Assembly (NCBI GenBank): GCA_027001995.1
Contig: JALTLO010000088.1
Coordinates: 1-61,266 of the forward strand
Length of the DNA: 61,266 nt
Direction: 5' to 3'
Source: Planctomycetota bacterium
Lineage (GTDB): Bacteria > Planctomycetota > GCA-002687715 > DRQF01
The notes under the pieces were generated by a model. The model was given only the letters and a program-made list of their open reading frames with translations. It was not told where the DNA came from and did no database searches. The translations under genes were made by a program, and so were the position numbers. Position 1 is the first letter of the stretch. Every line of letters starts with the position of its first letter. Below are positions 18,568-28,751 of this stretch, piece by piece.

Positions 18568-19662
18568 ATGACGGATTCCAAGAGACAAAGACGATCGGCA
18601 GTTGAGTTTATCGTCAAGACCGAGAAACCCTTGGCCGAATTGGAGACGCCCCTCGGCACAGTAAAGATCGGTCCCTACGTTGAAGGGGATGAGCATAGCA
18701 TTCTCGATCTTTTTCGGACTGTGTTTAAGGTGGAACGATCCCTTGACCAGTGGAATTGGGAGTTTCGCGACAACCCGAATGGGATGCACATCTACGTCGG
18801 CAAGTTGGCGGATGGTACTGTGGTCAGTCAGTACACCGGGCTTCTGACCAAGGGGAAGATTTTTGATCGCGATGTCCTCTTCTCGCAGATCGTCGATTCC
18901 ATGGTGCACCCCAAGTGCCGCGCTGGCCTGAAAAAAAAGGGACTCTTCGCCCTGACCCTCTTGAATCATAGCTACAAGCATGGCCATCTGGATGACGAGT
19001 GTATTCAAATGGGTCTGCCTAACCCTTTGGCATATCGCCTGGGGTCTCAGACTTGCTATTACGTGCCCATGACTAAAGCGTATGTGCACAACAAGGTGGT
19101 CAAACCAGAGGACGCTTCTGAAGAAATCGCCACCCAAGTGAAGGGTCTTGGCGTTCGCTACAATGTAGCGATGACGGATGCATTCTCCGGGGACCACGAT
19201 GACTTGTGGGGCCGAGTCAAAGACAAACACCGTATTATTACTTGGCGCAACCGCGATTTCTGGACTTGGCGTTACCGTGAAAATCCTTATTGGGACTATC
19301 TCACTTTCGAGTTGCGCGACCCCAGTGATAATGTCTTGGTGGCCTCTGCGGTTTGCCGCGTGGGTTGGTTAGACCAGCCTCATTTTGTCATCGCCGATTG
19401 GTTGGTGGACAGTGATCGTGTCGGTGCCCCAGAAGCGATGATCAAGGTCTGCGAAGAAGCGGCTCGACGTAGCGGTATGACAAGCGTGAAGTGCTTTCTC
19501 AATCACAATGTGCCTGAGTCGCGGGTCTTTGAAGATGTGGGTTACGACTTAGAAAAGACTCAGTTTCGTTTGGTTTCCCACACCTACGCCCCAGAATTCG
19601 TTACCGAACGTGACTTGATGAACGAGTGGTACTACACCCTCGGCGACTTCGACATCATTTGA
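18568..19662 (+). CDS. GNAT-family acyltransferase (tandem GNAT fold)
   Basis: W.WEF..NP, DSMVHP..R...GLF, GLPN, WRY..NP, WY.T.GD.D. Confidence 0.8.
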   Translation: MTDSKRQRRSAVEFIVKTEKPLAELETPLGTVKIGPYVEGDEHSILDLFRTVFKVERSLDQWNWEFRDNPNGMHIYVGKLADGTVVSQYTGLLTKGKIFDRDVLFSQIVDSMVHPKCRAGLKKKGLFALTLLNHSYKHGHLDDECIQMGLPNPLAYRLGSQTCYYVPMTKAYVHNKVVKPEDASEEIATQVKGLGVRYNVAMTDAFSGDHDDLWGRVKDKHRIITWRNRDFWTWRYRENPYWDYLTFELRDPSDNVLVASAVCRVGWLDQPHFVIADWLVDSDRVGAPEAMIKVCEEAARRSGMTSVKCFLNHNVPESRVFEDVGYDLEKTQFRLVSHTYAPEFVTERDLMNEWYYTLGDFDII

Positions 19663-19675
19663 GAGAAACTGAAAT

Positions 19676-19710
19676 AGCGTGAACCATCAGGGTTCACGCT
19701 CGTTTCTTTT
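19676..19710 (+). terminator. Probable terminator
   Basis: AGCGTGAACC-atcag-GGTTCACGCT followed by a T-rich tail. Confidence 0.65.
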
Positions 19711-19813
19711 GTTGTCAACATGATCCCGGGGTTGGCAAGAATTCTCGATGGTCGACGACGCCTAAGTGGTCTCTTCGGCAGGCAAATTCCAACAACATTG
19801 TGAGGAGGTTCCC

Positions 19814-21340
19814 ATGTCAGCAGACATCGTGCGCTACCCGTCCGTACATCAAGATTTTAATGAGGTTCTGATTGAGCAAATACATCGCACGCCGTGGATC
19901 CTCATTTCAGGGGCTATTCATGTCTTGGTGGTGATTGTTTTGATGCTCTTTATGCCCACCGATGTCGCCGTGGCAAGCAATGAGCTTACTGAAGTCACCA
20001 TTGAGGAAGACTTGCCCGACGTCGAAGAGATCGAAATTGAAGAGCCTCCAGAGGTGGAACCGGAGGTGCCAACTGAAGACCTGGAGACTGATATTGTTCC
20101 TGACTCCAATGACGATGCTAACGAGAGCGATGACAATGAGGACTACGAAGAAACCACAGGCGACTCTGATCTAGACAATCTCTCGAAACTAACCAGCGAC
20201 AGTAATAATGACGCGATTGGGCTGGGTGGGGGGATCGGTGGCGGAGGAGGAAAGGGAGGACGCAGAAGACGCTTGCGTGGCCGTGGCACGAAGAAACTAC
20301 GGGTGGTTATGAAAGGACTCGATTGGTTAGCAAGACATCAAGCCCCCAATGGATCATGGGATGCGGATGGTTTTTCCTGTCAGGACGGTGGCTGCCATTG
20401 TCTTGAGGAAAGCCGAGGTGGAGCGCTCTATGATGTCGGAGTGACAGGTTTGTCGTTGCTGGCTTTTTTGGGGGCCGGGGAATCTCCCCGCAATGGTGTC
20501 TACAAAGATAACTTGCGAAAAGGGCTTAGGTGGTTGATGACCCAGCAAGATGCGGAAGGCTGTTTTGCAGCCCGCACCACAGGGAATTACTCCTACAACC
20601 AAGCCATCGCGACTTTAGCCATGATTGAAGCCTACGACATGGTAAGGATGCCATCACTGAAGAGCTCTGCTGAGAAGGGATTTAACTTCTGTATGAGCAT
20701 GCAGAATCCCTATAAAGCGTGGCGCTACAAATCAGGAGATGGTCAGAATGATATGAGTGTGACGGGGTGGATGGCGATGGTGATGAAAGCGGCCAAGGGT
20801 GCTGGGTTCACTGTAGACCAAAGGCGGGTCGGCTGGGCCCAAGATTTTGTCGCGGAGATGACCAGTGAAGAAACGGGCCGCGTAGGCTATCGTCGTGCTG
20901 GTGAGACCACTGTGCGGGAGCGGGGCAAGGTCGAAGAATTTCCAGGCACTGAGTCTGAGGCTATGACAGCAGCAGGAGTTTGTTGCCGCATTTTTCTGGG
21001 GGAAGACCCGGCCAATAGTCGCGAAATCAAATTAGGTGTGGACAACATCTTAGTGAAGAAGCTTCCTCTGTGGGATATCGCTCGTGGCTCGATTGACATG
21101 TACTATTGGTATTATGGGACTCTTGCCCTATTCCAAGTTGGAGGGGACGCCTACCGCCAATGGAATCGCGCCATGACTGAAGCCATTCTTGAGCACCAAA
21201 GAACCGACGGCAATTTCTCTGGATCTTGGGATCCGAAGGGTGCCTGGGGTGAGTCAGGGGGCCGTGTTTACTCCACTGCTTTGATGACTATGTGCTTGGA
21301 AGTCTACTATCGCTATGGTCGGGTCTTCGGCACGAAGTAA
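19814..21340 (+). CDS. Membrane-anchored prenyltransferase/squalene-oxidase-repeat (terpene cyclase-fold) protein
   Basis: GAGGAGG RBS; single TM, acidic linker, QW-like repeats (WL..HQ..NGSW, WL..QQ..EG.F, HQ..DG...GSW), GGRVYSTA..CLEVYYRY. Confidence 0.85.
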   Translation: MSADIVRYPSVHQDFNEVLIEQIHRTPWILISGAIHVLVVIVLMLFMPTDVAVASNELTEVTIEEDLPDVEEIEIEEPPEVEPEVPTEDLETDIVPDSNDDANESDDNEDYEETTGDSDLDNLSKLTSDSNNDAIGLGGGIGGGGGKGGRRRRLRGRGTKKLRVVMKGLDWLARHQAPNGSWDADGFSCQDGGCHCLEESRGGALYDVGVTGLSLLAFLGAGESPRNGVYKDNLRKGLRWLMTQQDAEGCFAARTTGNYSYNQAIATLAMIEAYDMVRMPSLKSSAEKGFNFCMSMQNPYKAWRYKSGDGQNDMSVTGWMAMVMKAAKGAGFTVDQRRVGWAQDFVAEMTSEETGRVGYRRAGETTVRERGKVEEFPGTESEAMTAAGVCCRIFLGEDPANSREIKLGVDNILVKKLPLWDIARGSIDMYYWYYGTLALFQVGGDAYRQWNRAMTEAILEHQRTDGNFSGSWDPKGAWGESGGRVYSTALMTMCLEVYYRYGRVFGTK

Positions 21341-21372
21341 GAACACTCCTTCGCCTTGGGCTGTCGGTCAAC

Positions 21373-22635
21373 TTACTCCAGTGTACCCCTCAGATCGGCA
21401 GCCCATTGTAAGGCGGATAGGTATGAGTCCCGGATGGTGCCGGGGTCCAGGTCTCCGAATGTGATATCGTCCCAGGCGGAGCGTTCATACTTGAGGGTGC
21501 AGTTGAGTGCTTTACCCAATTGCCCCTCTTGTTCCAGCAAGGCGTCCTTAAGTTCGTCCGCAACCGGCAGCTCTCCTAAGATTTCTTCCATTGAACGATC
21601 TAAGAGACAAGGGAGCGTTGACAGGAGGCCAACGGTGAAGAAAACTTCCGGTTGGTCGTGGTCGATCTCTCGCGATAATAGCTCGCACATTTTGCCGCGA
21701 ATGACCGCCGTATTGAAAATCTCTTCTGGTTTGTCGGTGACCCCAGAGAGGATGACCAAGTTGGCCCAGGTACGAACCCAACGCATGCCAAGAATCATGA
21801 CAGCATGTTGAATCGACTCAACATCTGTGCGGAAGGCGAACATGGCTGAATTGACGTAGCGCAGCAATTTGTAGCTCAAGCCCACATCTTGTGAGATGGC
21901 TTCTTGCATTTTTTCGATGCCGGTTTCAGAGTCGTTGACTGCAGCGAGAAGTCGCATGCGGGCCAAGCCATCGGCGGGAAGTCGCCCCCCCATGACTATT
22001 TGTGGTTTCGCCAAAAAATGGCCTTGGAATATACTGAAACCAGCCCGGCGGCATTCTTCGAAACAATCGAATGTTTCGATACACTTGGCGATGGTAGTGA
22101 TTCCCGCTTTGTTTGCGGTCGCGACAATCGATGCACTCTTTTCTGGGGAACCACCCACGGCGACATCGATCTTGATCTCGTCGACTAAGTCAAAGAGGTC
22201 GGTGTCAATCGTCTCTGGCCCTTGCCCGTCCAAGACAATTCGGTAGCCATCATTTCGCAGTTGTTGGATAGCGTGGCGGACGTCTGCGTCCACAAGGTCT
22301 TGAGGGCGCAGCTCCAAGGCTAACTTGTTTTTGGGGAAGATCTCGATGCAGTTAGATCGCAAGAAAGTGGGGGTTACGTTGATGTAGGCCCGTTGACTTT
22401 CTGCCACATGAGCTTGGCCCAATTCGATAAAGGTATTCCAGAATGTCTGGCCTGTTGCCAAGTCACTGTCACCAATGTCCGCCCAGTTCTCAATACTGCT
22501 GCGATAGAGCAATTCATACGCACGGGTCTCGAGGTTGGCGTTAAACATGGGCTGGCGGCCAACGTAAGTTGGTAACAAGCTCGGATTTCCGGTGCTTTGG
22601 TCTTCTGCGCTTTGACTGCTCACTTGGCTACTCAT
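21373..22635 (-). CDS. EAL-like + HDOD domain signalling protein
   Basis: GRQP.F...AYELLYR, FQGHF.AKP; HDOD D.GLSYKLLRYVNS, F.VGLLS. Confidence 0.9.
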   Translation of the reverse strand: MSSQVSSQSAEDQSTGNPSLLPTYVGRQPMFNANLETRAYELLYRSSIENWADIGDSDLATGQTFWNTFIELGQAHVAESQRAYINVTPTFLRSNCIEIFPKNKLALELRPQDLVDADVRHAIQQLRNDGYRIVLDGQGPETIDTDLFDLVDEIKIDVAVGGSPEKSASIVATANKAGITTIAKCIETFDCFEECRRAGFSIFQGHFLAKPQIVMGGRLPADGLARMRLLAAVNDSETGIEKMQEAISQDVGLSYKLLRYVNSAMFAFRTDVESIQHAVMILGMRWVRTWANLVILSGVTDKPEEIFNTAVIRGKMCELLSREIDHDQPEVFFTVGLLSTLPCLLDRSMEEILGELPVADELKDALLEQEGQLGKALNCTLKYERSAWDDITFGDLDPGTIRDSYLSALQWAADLRGTLE

Positions 22636-22724
22636 ATCGGACCTCTCCCGTTCATCTTTGTGCAAGCGTACTTATCGGTCAAAGGAGAACGTGGCTGGAG
22701 CTCTGCATGGAAACCCAGGAGAAG

Positions 22725-25052
22725 TTATTGGATGGTGAGCTCAATTGCGGCAGTGAGCTGGAAATTGGGCGATGTGAGGGCTTGGAAGGCTAAGACATCA
22801 CCAGACTGGAAAATAGGTGGCAGAAACGCTGAGAAGAACTGGGTCCCTGATGCAGAAAGGAATCCGTAGAAATCGTTGGAAGTAATACCGTTGATTAAGA
22901 TCCCGATATCGCTGAAGTTGTTAGTTCCCAGTAGCCCTAGGTCTAGTTGCCCGTTGCCGGGAAAAAATGCATTTCCCCGGTTGAGCGGACCATAGAATAT
23001 GGTCATGGCTCCATTGGCTGGGCCTTGAACATCCAAGCGGAAGAACCCTTGGGTTGGGAGGCTAATAAAGAACGGGCCGTTCTGGTCGGCGCTGGGAATG
23101 AGACCATCTTTGTCGACCATGCCTGGGGAGGTCAGAGCTGCGGACGCCTGATTTTTTTGGCCGGTGTCGGGGAAGGGAGCTGCAACCACGGAGATGTCGT
23201 CAATGAGATGTCCATCTCCATTGATTGCGTAGTTATCTCGTTGGCGGAAGATGAGCTGCATATTGTTGGTGAGGGTTATCCCAGCAGCAGACGCTGCGGC
23301 TCCTATGTCTATGGTGATTTCGGTCCAAACGAGGTTTGCTAGGTTGCCATGGTCCTGAAGCAAGATCTCGGTTGTTCCGTCAGAAAGAAAAAGGCCGTCT
23401 TCCGGATGGGGCTCATCATTTACGTCTTTGAACCAATAGGTGATGGTGGCGGTCTCGGGAACGGTGAGATCGAGGAAGAGGCTGGAGGAATTTGTCGCGA
23501 AAGTCTGATTGACGGATGAGTCCATAGCCAATGATGGACTTCCGGAGATAGGGGCGTCGCTGCCAAAATTAGAACCAGAGATGCGTCCCGTGGCTCCGAT
23601 GGACGCAAAGAGCCATTCAGCGGAAGTCGGCAGACCTTGAGTGAAGTCTTCGTTGTAGGGGAGGCTTGCCGGGACAATGTTGATCACATTGACCGAAGCC
23701 GTCATCGTGACGGAGTCTGTGCCCAGGGGGTTGCTCACAGTGAGCTTGACGTCGTAGGTGCCAGGGGTTGTATAACTAAAACTTGCAATGGCCGTGGTGG
23801 CGTCGGTGATGTTGTCGCCGTCGAAGTCCCAATCCCAAGAAGAAGGTTGGCCAGAAGAGATGTCAGTAAAAGTGATGACTTGGCCTACTGCGACTGTTGT
23901 GGCGGACTGTGTAAACCCGGCGGCAGGAGCTTGAGCGAATTGATTGCAGAGAGTTGTTAATGCAGTTTGGAAGCCGATTAAACTGGTGGATGTCCCGGAA
24001 TTACTGCCCGTGCCGGACGTTGTGCAACCACCATTGGTGTGGATACCCACCACATTGCCAGATGCCTCGTCAATGATCGGAGCCCCAGAATTGCCTCCAT
24101 TGGTGTCGATATTGTATTGGAGGCTTGTTCCGAGAACGCCCACCAAAGCCCCCGCGTGGGTCTGATTCGTTTGATTGTCAACATTGTCGTCGACTCCGAA
24201 TCCCGTGATGCGCAAGATGTCATTGAGGTTGGGGATTGATGGAATCACGTTGAAGAAGCCATAAAGGCTGACCGCTGATTGACCCAGATTGTTGGGGAGC
24301 AACTTGCAGATTCCCCAGTCGTCGCCGGGACCGATGTTTGAGTAAGTAATAGAACCAACGTCTATAGGGAATTGATCTGAGATGGGTGGGTGCTGTAAGT
24401 CGCCATTGGGCAAAGAAGGTGGGCAATTGAATTCCGCTAACAGCAAGGAGCCAACAGCAAAGCAATGTCCAGCGGAGATGGCACAACCATCTGGGCTGGC
24501 TAAGAAAAGCGTGCAACCCCCACTGACAACACTCCCATTGGCCACGAAGCGAGCGACACGGTTGTCATTGGAAGAGACCCTATCATCGGAACCACAGATG
24601 GTTTGGTAACCCACGTGGGTGGCTCCAGAGGGAATGCCTCCCAATCCAACAAAATAGCTGATGATGTCAAAGCTGCCGCTGGATCCAGGTGCCAAGATGA
24701 GGTCGATCCAAAGGGTGTTGCCATTGAAGAAGGCTGATGTCCCTTGCCATTTAGTCATTTCGGCCGGGGTGAGTTTGTGACGTTCTCCTGTGCCGGGTGC
24801 GTAGACTTCAATCCAATCGTTGGGCCCCAAAGTGTAGGCTCCAAAAACAACACGCAAAGCTGAGGCATTGGGATAGTGATAGATCTTGCGGTGGACTGAT
24901 CCTGCTTCCGCCGTCGTTTGGGTGAAGGTGCCGGAGGTATAGTAGTCCTGAATCTCAACGGAGCCAGTGGTGGAGACTTGTCCTGGGCTCAAGGCACAGA
25001 ACATGACCACGAGTAGAGGGCTCAACATGGATGAAAGACGACATAGCATCAT
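22725..25052 (-). CDS. Secreted trypsin-like (S1) serine protease with PKD domain and C-terminal beta domains
   Basis: SAGHC, DDWG, GNSGAP triad; PKD WDWDFDGD...YTTPGTYDVKLTVSN. Confidence 0.88.
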   Translation of the reverse strand: MMLCRLSSMLSPLLVVMFCALSPGQVSTTGSVEIQDYYTSGTFTQTTAEAGSVHRKIYHYPNASALRVVFGAYTLGPNDWIEVYAPGTGERHKLTPAEMTKWQGTSAFFNGNTLWIDLILAPGSSGSFDIISYFVGLGGIPSGATHVGYQTICGSDDRVSSNDNRVARFVANGSVVSGGCTLFLASPDGCAISAGHCFAVGSLLLAEFNCPPSLPNGDLQHPPISDQFPIDVGSITYSNIGPGDDWGICKLLPNNLGQSAVSLYGFFNVIPSIPNLNDILRITGFGVDDNVDNQTNQTHAGALVGVLGTSLQYNIDTNGGNSGAPIIDEASGNVVGIHTNGGCTTSGTGSNSGTSTSLIGFQTALTTLCNQFAQAPAAGFTQSATTVAVGQVITFTDISSGQPSSWDWDFDGDNITDATTAIASFSYTTPGTYDVKLTVSNPLGTDSVTMTASVNVINIVPASLPYNEDFTQGLPTSAEWLFASIGATGRISGSNFGSDAPISGSPSLAMDSSVNQTFATNSSSLFLDLTVPETATITYWFKDVNDEPHPEDGLFLSDGTTEILLQDHGNLANLVWTEITIDIGAAASAAGITLTNNMQLIFRQRDNYAINGDGHLIDDISVVAAPFPDTGQKNQASAALTSPGMVDKDGLIPSADQNGPFFISLPTQGFFRLDVQGPANGAMTIFYGPLNRGNAFFPGNGQLDLGLLGTNNFSDIGILINGITSNDFYGFLSASGTQFFSAFLPPIFQSGDVLAFQALTSPNFQLTAAIELTIQ

Positions 25053-25232
25053 CAGCTACCTTAAGTTCTGAGAGTCCTGGGGGCACAGCAAACGAAACCC
25101 ACAGTGTTCCCATCATAAGGAGTCCGGGCGGTTGTTGGCAACTCTTGTGTATTTCTCGAATAAGGTGGTCTAAGTCCTTGTGCTTGAGCTGTTTGTCGAC
25201 ATATTGAGGGGGCCAGAAAGGGCTTTATTACC

Positions 25233-26174
25233 ATGCGGTCAAAACACCGAGCCAAGAAACAGAATGACTGGGACGCCTCACGATTCGAGTGGGTATTGAT
25301 TCCCCGCTCCGTTTTGGGAGTTCCTCGGACATTTGGCGTTTACTTGCCTGAGGGTTATGGCGACAGCACCCGTGCTTATCCCACTCTCTATTTGTTTCGT
25401 GGGGCTGAGCGGGAATGGGCTGGATCCCAAGATCGTCGAGAAGGCCTGAAGAAGTTACTTGATCGCTTGATTGCTGCTGGGGTGATTGAACCCATGATTG
25501 TGGTTTTGCCAGGATTCATGGAACCCTCCGGCAAGTCTCAAGGCGTTCCCCTGAATTGGTTGGCAGATGGACGCTCTCGGGGGGTGGGCAACGGCAGATT
25601 CGAGAAGCACTTCTTTGAAATCAAAGCGATCGTTGAAAACCGTTTTTCTGTACGCATTGGCCGTAGGCACACGGCTGTTGATGGTTTCAGCATGGGCGGT
25701 TTTAGCGCGATGTACTTGGCTCTGAAATATCCATCTCTCTTCGCCTCAGTCGGGGCTTATGATGGCAGTTTCATGTGGCCTGGGCAGATTGACCCCAGAC
25801 GTGGGCCCCATGGGCGTGGTTGTCAACTATGGCTTTCCTCCGCCTGCGCTCCTTATTTCCTTGATGACCGGGGATGGGATTTAAGGAGGATGGAGCGAGC
25901 GAATCCTATTTCTTGGATTCATCTAGCCGAAGGTAAACGCCTTTTTGATCTGCGGGATCTTCATGTTCACATGCACGCTGCAGGCTCGGAGACCTTGGGG
26001 AATGTGGATCGATGCATGGAGTTGGACAGCCATCTGGCCCATGTTGGTGTGGTGAATAGTTTTCGCAAGCAGATCATTTTTGATCGGCGAGCAGCCCATG
26101 ATTGGTCTTGGGCTGATCGACACCTGGAAGAAACACTACCCCTTCATGACCGAGTATTCAGATCGATTCGTTGA
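25233..26174 (+). CDS. Alpha/beta-hydrolase esterase (CE1/Fes-like)
   Basis: VYLP.GY, YPTLYL, PMIVVLP, GFSMGG nucleophile elbow, HDW. Confidence 0.85.
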   Translation: MRSKHRAKKQNDWDASRFEWVLIPRSVLGVPRTFGVYLPEGYGDSTRAYPTLYLFRGAEREWAGSQDRREGLKKLLDRLIAAGVIEPMIVVLPGFMEPSGKSQGVPLNWLADGRSRGVGNGRFEKHFFEIKAIVENRFSVRIGRRHTAVDGFSMGGFSAMYLALKYPSLFASVGAYDGSFMWPGQIDPRRGPHGRGCQLWLSSACAPYFLDDRGWDLRRMERANPISWIHLAEGKRLFDLRDLHVHMHAAGSETLGNVDRCMELDSHLAHVGVVNSFRKQIIFDRRAAHDWSWADRHLEETLPLHDRVFRSIR

Positions 26175-26889
26175 GCCGGAGCAAGATGTCACGGGCTTCA
26201 AGAAATGAGGCTGCAACCATGTCCAGGTCGTCGGCTTGGTCAATGACCACTTGGCTGGGGGTATAGCCGCAGAGGAGAGCGATGCATGGGATGCCTCCTT
26301 TTCTCGCGATTTCGAAGTCTGGCAAGCCGTCGCCCACCAGGACAGTTTCTTCTCTGGGGGCACCAGTTTGGTCCACAACGAAGTCGAGAACCGCTGTATC
26401 CGGTTTTCGCGGCAAGGTCTCACCGTCATCGTCTTTGGCCCCAGCCCCGACCACGAGATCGAAGTATCCCAGGAGTCCCATGCCTTCTAGAACGCTGAGG
26501 CTGAGTTGGTGTGGTTTGTTCGTTAAGCACACCTGAGCGACTCCAAGATCTTGCCAATGTTTGAGTGTTCTCTCGACCCCTTTGGCCATGGTTGTTTCAA
26601 TGACGGGGTCTTCGCTGTAGATATCGCGAAACAGACTTGTCACCTGGTCAATATCAGCGGCGGACTTGGGAAGCCGCTTTTCTGGCCGCTGGCTGGGGTC
26701 GTCGACTAAACCGAATACGGCTCTTTCGATGAGTCGGCGGGCGCCATCTCCGATGAAGTCGCGCACATCCATTTCCGTGAGCTCGTCCAAATAGTAGTGG
26801 CGACGAACTCGGTTGACGGCAATGGCAATATCGGGGGCTGAATCAATCAGCGTACCGTCCAAATCGTAGATGATACATGACAGAGGCAA
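26158..26889 (-). CDS. gph: HAD-family phosphoglycolate phosphatase-like
   Basis: YDLDGTLIDS, TNKP, KPD, VGDG..D; TTG start chosen (ORF track start 26940). Confidence 0.8.
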   Translation of the reverse strand: MPLSCIIYDLDGTLIDSAPDIAIAVNRVRRHYYLDELTEMDVRDFIGDGARRLIERAVFGLVDDPSQRPEKRLPKSAADIDQVTSLFRDIYSEDPVIETTMAKGVERTLKHWQDLGVAQVCLTNKPHQLSLSVLEGMGLLGYFDLVVGAGAKDDDGETLPRKPDTAVLDFVVDQTGAPREETVLVGDGLPDFEIARKGGIPCIALLCGYTPSQVVIDQADDLDMVAASFLEARDILLRLNESI

Positions 26890-27017
26890 GGCATATCCCC
26901 CCAATGAAAACTCGAACTTGTGTGGCTGGGCTAATCCCATACTGTTCTGTTTGGCATGACAGTTAAATATCCAAATCTGGATTACAAGAAAAATTGACGA
27001 GGCAAAGGAGAAGTACC

Positions 27018-27665
27018 ATGGGAATTGAGGATCACCTACCGGAGGGCTTTGCCATGCCGAATGAGTCGAGTGCCTTCCCGTCTTTTTGGAATCATTTCTG
27101 GCAGAATTCCGTTTCTCCTTGGGATCTTGGTCAGCCTCACCCGGAACTTGTGGCTCAGATTTCTTCTTTGGGTAGGCCCAAGAGAGCTTATGTTCCAGGC
27201 TGCGGCCGGGGGCACGATGCCGTCTTTTTGTCGCAGGCCGGGTGGCAAGTCACTGCGGTTGATATGGCGGAACATGTGTCTCCCCATCTTAATCCCCAAC
27301 TCGGCGAGGATGGTTCTATATTTCTGCTCCGCGATGCCTTTGAGGTGGAGGAAAACGAGGTTTATGAGCTCTGGTGGGACCACACGTTTTTCTGTGCCAT
27401 CCCCCCTGAGAAACGGCCCCTCTGGGGCCGAACGGTACGACGAGTTTTAAGGGAAGGTGGGGTCCTCGGTGCCTTGGTTTTTCCCGTGGGGAAAGACATA
27501 GCTGAAGGAGGGCCCCCTTTCGGAATGTCAGTAGACAATTTGCTGGAAGTGTTGGGCCCGGGGGCTCACCTCGTTTCAGATGACCCCTTAAGTAAACCAG
27601 CTCGGGACGGCGGTGAAAGATTCGCGATTATTCGCATCGACCCTCTTGCCGAAGAAGCTAAATAA
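27018..27665 (+). CDS. TPMT/thiol-halide class I SAM methyltransferase
   Basis: PWDLG..HP, VPGCGRGHD, DHTFFCAIPP..R, GPPF. Confidence 0.88.
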   Translation: MGIEDHLPEGFAMPNESSAFPSFWNHFWQNSVSPWDLGQPHPELVAQISSLGRPKRAYVPGCGRGHDAVFLSQAGWQVTAVDMAEHVSPHLNPQLGEDGSIFLLRDAFEVEENEVYELWWDHTFFCAIPPEKRPLWGRTVRRVLREGGVLGALVFPVGKDIAEGGPPFGMSVDNLLEVLGPGAHLVSDDPLSKPARDGGERFAIIRIDPLAEEAK

Positions 27666-28749
27666 GACCTTCGTCTCGCATAGCTTGGTAACCGGCTTTG
27701 ACCTTGTCATAGATTAAGGCAAGCCTCGTGTCGAAATCAACGAATGCACTTTTCATGGCATTCACGGTGATTTTCTCCAAGTCTGCGGCATCGAGGCCAT
27801 AGAGGCTGTTGGCAACGCTGAACTCATCCGTCATGGTGGTGTTCGACATCAGGCAATTGTCGGTGTTGAGGGTGACCCGGAAGTGGGCATCGAAGTAGGG
27901 TTTGAATGGATGCTCTTCTAAGGACGCAACGGCTCCCGTGTGGACATTGCTCTGCAAACAGATTTCCAAAGGAATGCGACGATCACGGACGTAGGCGGCC
28001 AATGTTCCCATGTGAGTGACTTGACCGTCTTGAATGGTCATGTCTTCGACCAGCCGCGTGCAATGGCCAATGCGATGGGCGCCACAATATTGAAGTGCCT
28101 GCCAAATGCTGGCGGCGCCAAAGGCTTCACCTGCATGGATTGTAATGTTGAAGTTTTGCCGTGAGCAATAGTGGAACGCTTCCAAGTGGGCTTTGGGTGG
28201 GTGCCCGTTTTCGTCACCGGCGAGATCAAAACCAACCACACCATGCTCGCGAAATGCGACTGCTAGCTCGGCCATCTCCAATGAGATGGATGGATCCATG
28301 TTACGCAATGAGCAAACGATGATACCCCAGCTTACGCCGGTGGCCTCTTCGCCATCCTTGAGACCGCGAATGACTGCATTCATGATTTGCTCATAGTTGA
28401 GGCCTTGATTGGTATGCAGGACTGGTGCGAAGCGGACTTCTGTGTAGACAACGCCATCAGCGTGGAGGTCTTCCAAGAGTTCTTTGGCTACTCTCACCAA
28501 AGATTCTTCTGTTTGCATCACGCCACAGGTGACACCGAATCCTTCCAAATACTCACCTAAATTGCCCTTGTTCGCTCCTCGAAAGAACCACTCACGCAAC
28601 TCAGTGGCATCTTCTGTTGGGAGTTCGAAGTCGTCCACGTCTTGGGCCAAATCAATGATCGTGTCTGGTCTCAGACAGCCATCGAGGTGGTTGTGCAACA
28701 AGACTTTTGGCATTTTTCTCAGGGTAGCTTTGTCGATGATCTTTGTCAT
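27658..28749 (-). CDS. add: Adenosine deaminase
   Basis: LHNHLDG, EVRFAP, GFDLAG.E, IHAGE, RIGH, NTDN. Confidence 0.92.
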   Translation of the reverse strand: MTKIIDKATLRKMPKVLLHNHLDGCLRPDTIIDLAQDVDDFELPTEDATELREWFFRGANKGNLGEYLEGFGVTCGVMQTEESLVRVAKELLEDLHADGVVYTEVRFAPVLHTNQGLNYEQIMNAVIRGLKDGEEATGVSWGIIVCSLRNMDPSISLEMAELAVAFREHGVVGFDLAGDENGHPPKAHLEAFHYCSRQNFNITIHAGEAFGAASIWQALQYCGAHRIGHCTRLVEDMTIQDGQVTHMGTLAAYVRDRRIPLEICLQSNVHTGAVASLEEHPFKPYFDAHFRVTLNTDNCLMSNTTMTDEFSVANSLYGLDAADLEKITVNAMKSAFVDFDTRLALIYDKVKAGYQAMRDEGLI

Positions 28750-28751
28750 GG

